Below, piece by piece: positions 20,201 to 30,818 of a stretch of DNA of 64,000 nucleotides. Under the pieces are notes generated by a model. The model had not been told where the DNA came from. It made no database searches and saw only the letters and a program-made list of their open reading frames with translations. The stretch comes from a virus, in IMG/VR virus record IMGVR_UViG_3300046008_000291, positions 96,001 to 160,000 of that record; one strand, written 5' to 3'. Within the stretch, counting starts at the first letter, position 1, and each line of letters begins with the position of its first letter. The translations under genes and the position numbers were made by a program.

Positions 20201-23200
20201 CTAAGTCAAAATAGTACAGAGTTAGTGGGTGATGTACTCAGTGATAGTAATCTTAGAGATATTGAGATTAAATCACAAGGCGGCACCATATTACAACACA
20301 GTGCACCTTTATCGAATGCAGCATTATTTTTAGTAAATGACAGCACAAACTTTATTGACGCCGTTCGTTACGCACAGCAAGAATATGCTAGATTTAAAAA
20401 TAAATTTTTAGAGTTAAGTGTAACTTTGTCTGGCATACAACCGACTGATCCTGTGGCCAGTGTTGATTTAATCATAACCGAAATTAATAAGATTAAAAAC
20501 AGTACGTTCCCTTGGTATTACAGTGACATGATACCGTATGGTACATTAAAAAATATTGTCAATGGCGTGGGCTATACAATATTTGACCCATTGGTTCGTT
20601 CATATGAAATTACTACAACATTCGATGCCCGTGCATTAAGTAATAAAGCAGTACTTGTTTATTTAAATGATGTACAGTTAATAATAGATATAGATTATAC
20701 ATTTGATACAGATCGTCCAGCAATAACGTTTACCGACACTGTTACTTTGGAAGTTGATGACAATGTTAAAATTGTAGAATATGCAGATACTAATGGATCT
20801 TATGTACCAGAAACTCCAACTAAGTTAGGGTTATATCCTAAATTTATTCCTGAGATCTTTTTAGACGATACCTATCGTACATCCATTAATGTTATTCGCG
20901 GCCACGACGGTAGCATAACACCAGCATTTGATGATTATAGAGATGAATTTTTATTAGAGTTAGAAAAACGTATATACAATAACATCACGCTGCGTGATAT
21001 CGGTAGCTATCAAGACATTTATAACGTAATGCCGGGTAAATTTAGAAATAATGATTATTCGATAAATGAAATAAATCAATTAACGTCTAAGAATTTCCTT
21101 ATATGGATAGGCAATAATAAAATTGATTTCACAGTCAACGACACATTTGACAGCAATGATCCCTTTACATGGAATTACAGCCGTTTTGTGGATCGAATTG
21201 ATAGTGAAGCATTACCAGGTAGTTGGAGAGCATGCTATCAATATTTCTATGATACATTACGTCCGCATTTAACTCCGTGGGAGATGTTGGGTTTCTCTAC
21301 CATGCCATCATGGTGGGTAGAAGAATACGGTCCTGCACCTTATACTGGCGGCAATAAATTACTATGGGACGACCTAGAAGCTGGATTGATTAAACAAGGT
21401 ACTCGCGCAGGTATAGATACAACCTTTGCACGCCCTGGATTGTCAGAAGTTATACCAGTTGATGCAAACGGATTTTTATTAAGTCCGGCAGCAATAATGA
21501 CTGCATCATTTAATGCTACTCATGCGGCAACTGCATGGGCAGTAGGACAACAGGGACCGGTCGAAACAGCGTGGCGCCACAGCAGTGACTTTGCGTTTGC
21601 TGTACAACAAGCACTGGCATTGGCTAAACCAGCCAAGTATTTTAGTCTATTAATGGATGTGTCACGTTATTCAAAAAATACTATGTTGGAGCAATATGTA
21701 ACTGATACCAATGATCACATTAAACAAACATCACTGACATTCAATGGTGACACATCAGCTGGCACTGTGGTTAGAACCGCCGGTTATATAAACTGGATTG
21801 CTGACTTTTTAATACATCAAGGTGTAGATCCTGCTACTGTTATTACTCCGCTGATATCACATTATCAAATTAATCTTGCATATAAACTGGCCGGATTTAG
21901 TGATCAAAAATATCTACAAATTTTAGCAGAACAAAGTTCACCGACCAGTACAAATGATAGTATTATTGTACCAAATGAAAATTATAATGTACATTTGTAT
22001 AAATCGACGCCTGTTGACAAACTAGTCTACAGTGGTGTGATTATTGAAAAGACCACAAATGGCTATAGTGTACGTGGGTATAATTTAGCTAACCCGTACT
22101 TTACTATTATTCCAAGTGTGATAAATTCAAATGCATACAAAATTACTGTATTAACTAATTCAGTAACAGTGTTTAAAGATTATCAAAACTTAAAATTAAC
22201 CGTACCTTATGGGTATGAGTTTAATAGCCAACAACAAATAGCTGATTTCTTAATTAGCTACGAAAGATATTTAATGGCGCAGGGTTTTACCTTCAATGAC
22301 ACAGATGAACAACTAGGCGAAACACGCAACTGGAAACTATCAACTAAAGAATTCTTATTCTGGGCACAGCAAGGTTGGGCACCGGGCAGTATCTTAGTAT
22401 TATCACCGGTGGCTAACACAATAAATGCAGTTACAGTTGGTGCAATCACTGATGCAATTACTGATAGTCAGCATGGTTCAAAAGTATTAGATCAAAATTT
22501 TGCCTTGGTTAAAACTACAAATTACAATGTGTTACGTAGCCCAACTGCATTTAAATTAACATTGACCAATGATGCAGTTATTGGCTATATTGAATTAAAT
22601 CTAGTACAATACGAGCATGTGTTAATTTTTGATAACACCACAGTGTTTAATGATATCATTTACAAACCTGAACTTGGTAATAGACAATACAGGTTAAAAT
22701 TGATTGGACAAAAAACCGCAGACTGGGATGGCAGTTTAAGTGCGCCAGGCTTCATCTACAATTCTGGCAACATAGATGCGTGGTCCAGTAATAAAGATTA
22801 TTTAAAAGGTGACCTAGTACAATATAAAAATCAATATTATGTTGCATTGAATAATGTTACTCAAACAACTAATGCTGAATTTGCCTTTGCTTATTGGAAA
22901 CAAATTGCCGCAAGTGAAATTAAAAAAGGGCTATTGCCAAACTTTGCCACCATTGCTGCTAAATCTCAGGTATATTATGATTCATATACAAATTTTAAAG
23001 ATGCGGATCAAATCAACTACAGCCATGGATTAATTGGATTTAAAACACGTCAATATCTGTCAGATCTTGGTTTAAGTGATACGACACAAATTGAATTATA
23101 CAAAGGATTCATTAAACAAAAAGGTTCTGCTAATGCAATTAATCAATTGACCAGTGCAGAATTTAATAATTTAAGCAGTGCCATAAATTTCTATGAAGAA

Positions 23201-26200
23201 TGGGCAATACGTGTGGGCGAATATGGTGCATTAGATACAAACCCATACGTGGAAATTGCACTCGATGAAAAAGCATTTTCAGTTAATCCTGCAACTGCTA
23301 CATTTGTAACTGATTCCAGCAGTGACGGTGTAACTACATTTAACAAATCACAATTATATAAATCAACCGAGCAGTATAACGGAATTATTGCATTAGATAG
23401 AGATGCACAAAGTGATTACAATAACGATATCACTACTGCTGGATATGTAAATATCGATGATGTTGATACTACTATATTTGATCTAGCCAACTTCACTGAT
23501 TTGAACAATCAATTATCTGCAATCGGTACTGGCTATACTATATGGTGTGCAAAAGACTTTTCGCAAAACTGGAATGTATATCGAGTAACAGAAACTGATA
23601 ATACAGTTACATCAGTGGCTAACTCGTTAGATGGATATGTAACATTTACCACCACTAATCCTCATGGATTGGTTGCTGGCGACATATTTTTAGTTCGTAG
23701 TTTTGCCACTGAGTTCGACGGCTTCTATCAAGTCGACAGTGTAATAGACCTTGATAACATATTAGTCAGATACGCAGGTGACACTTCACAACTAACTACC
23801 TTAGATGGCGACGGCATGTTGTTTATTCTAGACAGTGTACGTTTTAACTACATGGAAACTGCACGTTTATATACGCCGCCGCATCAATGGAAAGTCGGTG
23901 AAAAGATTTGGATCGATGAAGATGCGGAAACTAATGCTGTACAAGGCCAGCCATTTGGTACGCAACCAAGCGGTACATGGAAAGTATACGAAAAAACACA
24001 CCCATGGGAAATGGATCAACGTCTAGTTAAAACCAATGATATGTACATTACATTTAGTAATGTGGCACTGGCCAATGCAACTAGTACATTAACCATTGGC
24101 GGAAATGCTGTGACTAATATCACAACTATTACAGGTAATGCAGTGGGCATTATATCAAATTTCCTTACTAGTAGTAATGCATCTAATGTAAGCACAAGTC
24201 AGATAGTTAGTACTAATAATATATTTCCAGCAAACACTACAGTATCTTCATTAACAACTAATAATGAATATTCTGCAAACATAGGCTACGGTCAAGCATT
24301 AAAAATGATTGACAACATCGAGCAAACTATTTTTGTCGGTACCACTTTGTATGCAAACTTATCTGTTTCTACTAACACAGGTGCAGTAAATGTATTTGAT
24401 AAAAATACTTCAAATGTCTATACTGAATCGACAACTATAACACCTGATGGTGCAAATACATTTACTTACGGTTCGCACATTGATACAGCAGTTGATCCGT
24501 TCATTGATGATGGAGTTGCCGGAAGAGAAACGTTAGCAGTTAACGCACCAACAAGTTCTGGTGCCGGCGGCGCCGCTAATGTTGGTTTAATCTATACCTA
24601 TAATAAACTTGAAGGCGAAACTGTATGGAATAGAGGACAGGTTATTACAGGCAATGTTAGTGCTGTCGATGGACAGTTTGGCTATGGCTTTGCGTTTGAT
24701 GAGTTAGGCCACTGGTTGTATGTTGGCGCTCCGTACGAAGCAACTCCAAAAGTGTATGTATATGGCTTACAACGCTTTGTAACTAAAGCTACGGGAAATG
24801 TTACTACATCTGGTTCTGTATCTACAATAACAGTACCATTTACACCCGAAGTTACTAATGATGCAAATGCACTAGTTGTGACTAGCTCAACACGTACATA
24901 CATTCCAAATATTGATTACACATTATCTGGCACAACTATAACATTTATATCTGGAAATGTTAATGGTACACTAACAATTTCACAAGGTCCGTACTACACA
25001 TTAGTTAAAACTATTAACGGACCGGCGGGCAGTGAATTTGGTTTTTGTATTGATGCTAGTTTAAACGGTGCACAACTTGGTGTTGGCGCACCAGCTGACA
25101 GTGTAATTGGCTCTAGTGGCGACTTGCTCGATGAAGCCGGCGCAGTATACGCATACGATCGTGTTATCGAAGCATTTACCAGTACAACTGGTACAGTGTA
25201 TACCACAGTAGAAACAATTGCACCTGTGTATAAAGTAACTGTTGACGGAATTGAATTGCCTCGCAGCGAATATACTGCAACCCCGGGAACTAATACAGTT
25301 ACATTAAATGTTCCATTAGGTGTTGGTAAAGTTGTCAATGTTGAAACAAATGAATTTACTCTATTAGAAAGATTGATTGGCATTGACAGTTTAGATGGTA
25401 GTCTAAATGCTATTCAAGAAGGTGCACGATTTGGTACAGCCCTGACTATCTGTTCAAACAACTGCGCATTCTATATTGGTGCTCCTTATTATAATGCCGG
25501 TACAATTTACAATACTGGTGCAGTATGGAAATTCCATAACAGAGGAACCTTGTACGGTACTAACACAGGCTATACACAAAATCCAACGTTTACTCCAGGC
25601 AATACAATTCGACTAGATAACTTCCAAATTACTGTGACTGGTACAAGTTTAGATAGTTTAATCGAAGATATTAATGATGCTAACCTATTAGGTATCACCG
25701 CAGTTAATGAAAATGGATACTTAAGATTAGACAGTGATAAAACTGTAGCTAAAAATCGCTTACGTGTCTTATCAGGCAGTGGTACAGTGTATGAAGATGC
25801 AGGCTTGGCTATATTTGCGTTCATGCAGATTATTGTTAACCCATATCGTAGTAACAATGAATATTTTGGTACTAAAGTTATCTTGGCTCGCAATGCATAC
25901 ATGCTGGTTATTAGTAGTGAACGTGGAACAACAAAACATTATGCTACATTTGATGCGCATACAGACTTATTATATCCTAACGCACCTGAATATATTATTG
26001 ACACTGACCCAACCAGTCTAACCTATAACGAATTAATAGTAAATCCAGAACAATATCTATTAGATTCAACTAGCACACTGCACAATATTAACACAACACT
26101 CGATGATGATTCTACAGCACTATTAGACGAAGTTAAAGCAAGTGGTAGTGTTTACACATATGAATTATATGATGACCCACGTGACCATGTTGAGAATCCA

Positions 26201-29200
26201 GGACGTTATGCATTCTGTCAACAACTCGATCCAACAGATTTAAACTCAGGCGACGGATTTGGCGCGGCATTTGATGTAATCGGTGGACATATTGTAGTAA
26301 GTGCACCAACTGATGATACTACTATAGAAAATGGTGGCAGTATCTACTTGTTTAACAATCCGACTGGTCGTCGTGGTTGGAGTTTAATTAGATATCAAGA
26401 GCCACGTGTAGACATCGAATCAGTTACTAGAATGTATCTATACAGTAATTTAACAAATACTATTTTAACATCATTGGAATTCATTGATCCTGCCAAAGGC
26501 AAAATCCTCGGTCGTGCAGATCAGGAAATATCATACAAAACTGGCTATGATCCGGCAATATACAATCGCGGAACAAACACCGCAGTTAGCCTAAACGATA
26601 ATATATTCTGGAGTACTACTCAAGTTGGTGAAGTGTGGTGGAATCTAAGTCAACTTAGTTACATAGATTATGAGCAAGATACATTAACATATCGCAGTAT
26701 TAATTGGGGTAATTTATTCCCTGGATCAACTGTGGAAGTGTTAGAGTGGGTAGAAAGTATATATCTACCTAGTGCTTATGTTGCCAACGGTGGTGATGGC
26801 GTGCCTAAATATGCCGATGATAGTGCTTATGTTGAACTTGTTTATGTTGATCAAGTTACTAACATTATTAGTATTAAATATTTCTACTGGGTCAAAGATA
26901 AAACAACTGTTGATCCAACTAACGAAACTAGACAATTGACCACAACATCAATACAGGATATAATACAAAATCCAAAAAATCAAGGCATTCCGTATGCGGC
27001 AGTTATACAGAATAATTCAGTTGTTGTATATAATGTAGCTGATTATCTGTCTGCGCAAACTACTATATTGCACCTTGACTATAATACAGTTAAGAATACT
27101 AATATTATTCATAGTGAATATGAACTAGTACAAAAAGGAAATGCAGATAGTATAATATCTCCTAAGATTATTAATAAATTAATTGATAGTCTGGCTGGTA
27201 TCGATATACTGGGTGCAGAGGTGCCTGACCCAACACTAAGCGTTGCTGATAAATTTGGCTTAGGCACAAGACCACGTCAGGCTATATTTGCTGACAGAAT
27301 TGCTGCCTATGCTAACTTAGTAGAATATGCTAACAGTATTTTGATAACTAAACCGATTACAAGAAACTGTGACCTAACTACTATTAGTTCAGCTGAAGCA
27401 GAGCCTAGTTTTAAATTGGGAGAGTACGATTTAAAAATTGAAACAGAAATAGAATTAGATTATCTCGATGTGGCATTATTAACCGCAGGATACAAAGTTT
27501 TAGTAAATCAAGATACTACCCAGGATAATTTATGGGTATTATATGAATTGTCTGCGGATAAAACTTGGACCGCTATTAGAACACAAAGTTACAAAACCGA
27601 CTTGTATTGGGATTATGTTGATTGGTATGCGCCCGGTTATGGTACAGATACTCAACTTGAATATGTAGTTGACACATTAACTGATGCATTAAAATTACCA
27701 GTAGCAGTCGGCGATGATGTTTTAGTCAGAGTTGCCAACGGAGTCAATCGCGGATGGAATTTACTTGTTCTCAATGGCAATAATCAATTTGATGTAGTCG
27801 GTATACAAGACGGAACTATTCAATTAAAAACATCAAATGGTAATTTTGTTAACAATAAAACCCCAACTACTGAAATTCGTTATATAATTACTGCACTTAA
27901 AGATGATATTTTTGTTGGCGAGTTAGACACAGAATTTAATAAATTATTCTTTGTAATGATTAACTATCTATTCAATGAACAAAAATATGTTGACTGGATA
28001 TTTAAAACTAGTTTTATTAGTGTATCGCATAAATTGCGTTCACTATTACAATATCCTAATTATATTAAAGATAATCAAACGTATTATGAAAGTTATATTA
28101 CTGAGGTTAAACCGTATTCAACTAAAATACGTGAATACTCTATTAACTATGACAGTACTGATGAATTTGCAGGCAGTGTAACTGACTTCGATCTATCTCC
28201 ATATTACGATACGGATACTAAAATATTCCGTAGCCCTAGTGGTGAAGATGTAATCAAAGACGAGGCTCTATGGCAAACTGACACATACAATCAATGGTAT
28301 GCAAATAGAAATCATCGTGTTGAAAGTATCGTAGTAGAATACGGTGGAAGTGGCTACACATCAGAACCGATAGTTACTATTGTCGATGGTGGACTTGCAG
28401 CCACAGGCGCAACTGCCCGTGCAATTATTGATTTTGACTCAGGCGCAGTAACTAGCATTGAACTTTTAACATCTGGCAGTGGATATTATATAACACCGAC
28501 CGTGATTATTAATGGTGGATGCACTATACCTGCAACTGCGTATGCAATACTTAAAAACAAACAAGTTAGAAGTGTTAATACAACATTAAAATTTGATAGA
28601 GTTAGTTACACTAGTTCTGTGCAGGAATGGGCCGCTAACACTGCTTATACTGCTGGTGATATTGTAACTCATGTGGGTTCACTGGCCGGTGCTGTTCGTC
28701 ATGCATTTATAGTAAATGCAAACATAACATCGGGATCTACGTTTGTACACACTGAGGATTATACACGATACAGTTCGGCTAATTTTACCAATGCAAATGA
28801 TCGTATTGTAGGATACTACGAACCAACTGCTGCCATGCCTGCAATCGAAACGATTAATAAAGATATTACAATCGCGGCCTCTGTCACAAACTCCAATGTA
28901 TTATTTGTAACAGCCACTCCTGGATTGCATAAAAATATGACTATTAGCAGTAATTCTGCTAATGCAACAATAATCACTGAAGCAGTATCTGGAATATTAT
29001 TATTAAGTGGTAATATCTCTGCCAACGTCGGTGATTATTTAACTCAAACCAGGGTATCAAACATATATAATGTTACTAGCAATGTTGCTACATCATATTG
29101 GGCAAATGTATTTGTAACAGCTAATGTACAGATCCTCACAACTCTGCCTGCAATATTTGGAAATATAACCAATGCATATCGTGTAGGCGCATACTTAACT

Positions 29201-30769
29201 GAGCATGAGTTTAATTTAACCGATGTTATTAGTATTGTTGATAATTCAACAATCACAACTACTAGCGTTTACCCACAGGCAACTAATCTGACAGCATTAA
29301 AATTAGAACGCCCCCAAACACAAACTCAGGGCAATGTTCTAATTGCATCTTATAGAAATATGGGGCAATTACTACGCGGCATTGATTATCCGGGGGTACA
29401 AGTACAAGGAATCGAATTTAATCAAGCTCCGGAATTTGATGGAGCAACACCATTTGATAACGGCTTGTTTGATAATATTCAATACGATGTTGACGGCTTG
29501 CCTATGCTAGATGATGCTGCTGTTGACACAATTATACAGAGTAACTATACCGATTTAGCTCTTGGTACACGTGCTGAAGATATCGATGTTGTCGGTGGTG
29601 CGTATGTTGATGCATACAGTTCACATGCTCCAGAAGAAATGGTTCCTGGTATTGTATTTGACACACTAGACATGCAGGTCTATACTAAAATTAACGGTAA
29701 TGTTGATGTAATTGCCTATAGAATGTTTAGTAATATGATGCGTGAAGAAAGTTATTTACGTATTGCTGATGCACATGCAACAACACTTGCTTCTAATTTA
29801 GCAATAACCGACACTACAATTGTTGTGGCAGATGCAAGTAAGTTAACTGCACCATTTATCGACACAGTAGGATTAGGACAAATTGCTATCCCTGGCGTGA
29901 TATTTATTAATGGTGAACGTATAACTTATTACACACGTAATCTATTAACAAATACACTTGGGCAAATACGTCGAGGCACACAAGGTACAGGTACACCAGC
30001 ACTTTACACTGCTGGAACACTTATAACTGATGGTAGCATTGATCAACTTGTGCCAAATGTAGTTTCTAATATTTCACTTAGCACAATTACACCATATACG
30101 GTAACAACAACTCGTTCGTACTATCTTTCATTAACTGGTAACGTAAGTGCCAATGTTGGTGATGTAATAACACAATCTGTATCTGGTGCGTCGATGACAG
30201 TAGCTGGTATTGATTCAGTTGCAAGAGTGTTGTTGGTTATACGCAATAATACAAATAGTCTAACATATCAAAATAATGATGTAGCTCTAAGTGGAAATGT
30301 TACTGTAACTGCTGGTGATTATATAACACAATCATCGACTGGTGCTAATTTAACAGTATTAACAAGCGGTGCTAATGTTAGCAACATTTCATTAAGTTAC
30401 TATGGAATTACAACATTAACTACTGGTAAAGCTGGTAGTAATATTGCAATTAATGGATCTAATGTTGCAATCTATCCAACTACAATAACTAGCAATGTAT
30501 CACTTAGTTCAGCGATAATAATAAATGGAACAAGCACAGGTAATGTGTATCCATTAAGTATTGTGCCGGTTGGTAGAAACGATGCTGGCAACCCATTTGT
30601 TGATAGCAACGGTAACGTAACTATTGTAGCTAATATATCATTGCATACAACCAACGTATGGTATAATTTAGGTAGCGGAGTAGCAACAGATGGGACAGGA
30701 TTTAATGGAGCAACAACTGAGCAAGTGACATTCTTAAAAGCTAGCACAGCAACATTAATCGCACCTTAA
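17255..30769 (+). CDS. Giant (4504 aa) virion/baseplate protein at the gp7 position, with FG-GAP-like propeller, CBM-like and Asn/Thr/Ser-rich fibre regions
   Basis: Uninterrupted 13.5-kb ORF after gp6. Seven FG..GAP..G.VY repeats (about 24281-26355); W....Y..GD.V motifs at about 22781 and 28628; GSGY turn repeats. Confidence 0.8.
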   Translation: MATKKTSNFLPTIFQTDTNNKFLSATMDQLVTEPNLRNIHGYIGRTFAPTYKSKDSYVIENSAERQKYQLEPGIVVRNDRQEITFFASYTDLLNKIEYYGGLTANHDRLFDDEYYSFDPQISFDKFINFSQYYWLADGPNAVDVNTSGVDLEKTYNVVRNVSSSRYEFTSTSPTKNTLTLARGGRYTFEVDQLGNQFWIQTELGVDGLVNATPTVSTRDVFGVINNGADSGTITFNVPQASAQDRYVLMNVVANVEYAVPLAYADIQNHTVSQFLAAFPGYAGVATQLNGKTAIFIDQNLLTNRGEEAWTVPNVYDGNGDIVSGYNAGEVIPEAQRYGVWRVQFADSGDINDPLIRLACVQDVQINEKVYIRSGVVNANKEFFKDYDGFFHVVPVISSIQDTLYFQDGNNPSIYGTIKLVDIAGWSIDVENDILGKTTYTSPNGVVFTSGLKIRFGTDAIPATYQDKEYYVEGVGSATGIQLVDTTLLVTPEPYNDEIITNYPLNRISLSAVTTDVIPAGTVINIGTIEVEVYYEVTVGSLYIVTLSDVSSIVNGSAITGTGIASGTSVINTRRDTVYPEYITINRASVDLNAWSRNNRWFHRDIITATATYNNEQYIFDQDLRARRPIVQFESDLQLFNYGRIGKAPVDILDTTTQDAFNNLNGQVFSVAFGVTLFDGMRVIFANDVDPLVRNKIFVLNLVQTAIDGEGLLTGPKYINLNPAADGAVETYDSVVITDGVYKGTQWWYNGDTWIASQQKTSLQQDPLFDMYDSAEQSFSLYPLSTFTGTRLFGYNRSSTGTISDSVLAFPLTYTSFQTQGNIEFINYFDTDTFSYVANQTQLTERIATGFLHQIVDRYTSLPKNNWNTVTEKNNQYQLITYVYDGINSPFKIDVTVPDAVTIPYVKVYKNNVFLKTSQWTLTNGALTLSTAPTIGDKIDILVYSNEVSALGQYQIPKNLELNAQNTDLSTLTLGQIRNHLVELSQNSTELVGDVLSDSNLRDIEIKSQGGTILQHSAPLSNAALFLVNDSTNFIDAVRYAQQEYARFKNKFLELSVTLSGIQPTDPVASVDLIITEINKIKNSTFPWYYSDMIPYGTLKNIVNGVGYTIFDPLVRSYEITTTFDARALSNKAVLVYLNDVQLIIDIDYTFDTDRPAITFTDTVTLEVDDNVKIVEYADTNGSYVPETPTKLGLYPKFIPEIFLDDTYRTSINVIRGHDGSITPAFDDYRDEFLLELEKRIYNNITLRDIGSYQDIYNVMPGKFRNNDYSINEINQLTSKNFLIWIGNNKIDFTVNDTFDSNDPFTWNYSRFVDRIDSEALPGSWRACYQYFYDTLRPHLTPWEMLGFSTMPSWWVEEYGPAPYTGGNKLLWDDLEAGLIKQGTRAGIDTTFARPGLSEVIPVDANGFLLSPAAIMTASFNATHAATAWAVGQQGPVETAWRHSSDFAFAVQQALALAKPAKYFSLLMDVSRYSKNTMLEQYVTDTNDHIKQTSLTFNGDTSAGTVVRTAGYINWIADFLIHQGVDPATVITPLISHYQINLAYKLAGFSDQKYLQILAEQSSPTSTNDSIIVPNENYNVHLYKSTPVDKLVYSGVIIEKTTNGYSVRGYNLANPYFTIIPSVINSNAYKITVLTNSVTVFKDYQNLKLTVPYGYEFNSQQQIADFLISYERYLMAQGFTFNDTDEQLGETRNWKLSTKEFLFWAQQGWAPGSILVLSPVANTINAVTVGAITDAITDSQHGSKVLDQNFALVKTTNYNVLRSPTAFKLTLTNDAVIGYIELNLVQYEHVLIFDNTTVFNDIIYKPELGNRQYRLKLIGQKTADWDGSLSAPGFIYNSGNIDAWSSNKDYLKGDLVQYKNQYYVALNNVTQTTNAEFAFAYWKQIAASEIKKGLLPNFATIAAKSQVYYDSYTNFKDADQINYSHGLIGFKTRQYLSDLGLSDTTQIELYKGFIKQKGSANAINQLTSAEFNNLSSAINFYEEWAIRVGEYGALDTNPYVEIALDEKAFSVNPATATFVTDSSSDGVTTFNKSQLYKSTEQYNGIIALDRDAQSDYNNDITTAGYVNIDDVDTTIFDLANFTDLNNQLSAIGTGYTIWCAKDFSQNWNVYRVTETDNTVTSVANSLDGYVTFTTTNPHGLVAGDIFLVRSFATEFDGFYQVDSVIDLDNILVRYAGDTSQLTTLDGDGMLFILDSVRFNYMETARLYTPPHQWKVGEKIWIDEDAETNAVQGQPFGTQPSGTWKVYEKTHPWEMDQRLVKTNDMYITFSNVALANATSTLTIGGNAVTNITTITGNAVGIISNFLTSSNASNVSTSQIVSTNNIFPANTTVSSLTTNNEYSANIGYGQALKMIDNIEQTIFVGTTLYANLSVSTNTGAVNVFDKNTSNVYTESTTITPDGANTFTYGSHIDTAVDPFIDDGVAGRETLAVNAPTSSGAGGAANVGLIYTYNKLEGETVWNRGQVITGNVSAVDGQFGYGFAFDELGHWLYVGAPYEATPKVYVYGLQRFVTKATGNVTTSGSVSTITVPFTPEVTNDANALVVTSSTRTYIPNIDYTLSGTTITFISGNVNGTLTISQGPYYTLVKTINGPAGSEFGFCIDASLNGAQLGVGAPADSVIGSSGDLLDEAGAVYAYDRVIEAFTSTTGTVYTTVETIAPVYKVTVDGIELPRSEYTATPGTNTVTLNVPLGVGKVVNVETNEFTLLERLIGIDSLDGSLNAIQEGARFGTALTICSNNCAFYIGAPYYNAGTIYNTGAVWKFHNRGTLYGTNTGYTQNPTFTPGNTIRLDNFQITVTGTSLDSLIEDINDANLLGITAVNENGYLRLDSDKTVAKNRLRVLSGSGTVYEDAGLAIFAFMQIIVNPYRSNNEYFGTKVILARNAYMLVISSERGTTKHYATFDAHTDLLYPNAPEYIIDTDPTSLTYNELIVNPEQYLLDSTSTLHNINTTLDDDSTALLDEVKASGSVYTYELYDDPRDHVENPGRYAFCQQLDPTDLNSGDGFGAAFDVIGGHIVVSAPTDDTTIENGGSIYLFNNPTGRRGWSLIRYQEPRVDIESVTRMYLYSNLTNTILTSLEFIDPAKGKILGRADQEISYKTGYDPAIYNRGTNTAVSLNDNIFWSTTQVGEVWWNLSQLSYIDYEQDTLTYRSINWGNLFPGSTVEVLEWVESIYLPSAYVANGGDGVPKYADDSAYVELVYVDQVTNIISIKYFYWVKDKTTVDPTNETRQLTTTSIQDIIQNPKNQGIPYAAVIQNNSVVVYNVADYLSAQTTILHLDYNTVKNTNIIHSEYELVQKGNADSIISPKIINKLIDSLAGIDILGAEVPDPTLSVADKFGLGTRPRQAIFADRIAAYANLVEYANSILITKPITRNCDLTTISSAEAEPSFKLGEYDLKIETEIELDYLDVALLTAGYKVLVNQDTTQDNLWVLYELSADKTWTAIRTQSYKTDLYWDYVDWYAPGYGTDTQLEYVVDTLTDALKLPVAVGDDVLVRVANGVNRGWNLLVLNGNNQFDVVGIQDGTIQLKTSNGNFVNNKTPTTEIRYIITALKDDIFVGELDTEFNKLFFVMINYLFNEQKYVDWIFKTSFISVSHKLRSLLQYPNYIKDNQTYYESYITEVKPYSTKIREYSINYDSTDEFAGSVTDFDLSPYYDTDTKIFRSPSGEDVIKDEALWQTDTYNQWYANRNHRVESIVVEYGGSGYTSEPIVTIVDGGLAATGATARAIIDFDSGAVTSIELLTSGSGYYITPTVIINGGCTIPATAYAILKNKQVRSVNTTLKFDRVSYTSSVQEWAANTAYTAGDIVTHVGSLAGAVRHAFIVNANITSGSTFVHTEDYTRYSSANFTNANDRIVGYYEPTAAMPAIETINKDITIAASVTNSNVLFVTATPGLHKNMTISSNSANATIITEAVSGILLLSGNISANVGDYLTQTRVSNIYNVTSNVATSYWANVFVTANVQILTTLPAIFGNITNAYRVGAYLTEHEFNLTDVISIVDNSTITTTSVYPQATNLTALKLERPQTQTQGNVLIASYRNMGQLLRGIDYPGVQVQGIEFNQAPEFDGATPFDNGLFDNIQYDVDGLPMLDDAAVDTIIQSNYTDLALGTRAEDIDVVGGAYVDAYSSHAPEEMVPGIVFDTLDMQVYTKINGNVDVIAYRMFSNMMREESYLRIADAHATTLASNLAITDTTIVVADASKLTAPFIDTVGLGQIAIPGVIFINGERITYYTRNLLTNTLGQIRRGTQGTGTPALYTAGTLITDGSIDQLVPNVVSNISLSTITPYTVTTTRSYYLSLTGNVSANVGDVITQSVSGASMTVAGIDSVARVLLVIRNNTNSLTYQNNDVALSGNVTVTAGDYITQSSTGANLTVLTSGANVSNISLSYYGITTLTTGKAGSNIAINGSNVAIYPTTITSNVSLSSAIIINGTSTGNVYPLSIVPVGRNDAGNPFVDSNGNVTIVANISLHTTNVWYNLGSGVATDGTGFNGATTEQVTFLKASTATLIAP

Positions 30770-30806
30770 GTATACGGTAAATACAATAACTGTTAGTAGG
30801 ATTGAA

Positions 30807-30813
30807 ATAAATA
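30807..30813 (+). promoter_or_regulatory. T4-type late promoter (ATAAATA)
   Basis: ATAAATA ending 5 nt before the ATG at 30819; a second variant GTAAATA lies at 30777-30783. Confidence 0.6.
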
Positions 30814-30818
30814 AGTAT

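Noticed and set aside
17255-30769. Intein or intron explaining the giant ORF size
   Set aside because: No C/S...HN splice motifs, LAGLIDADG or HNH signatures were recognised, and the frame is uninterrupted.
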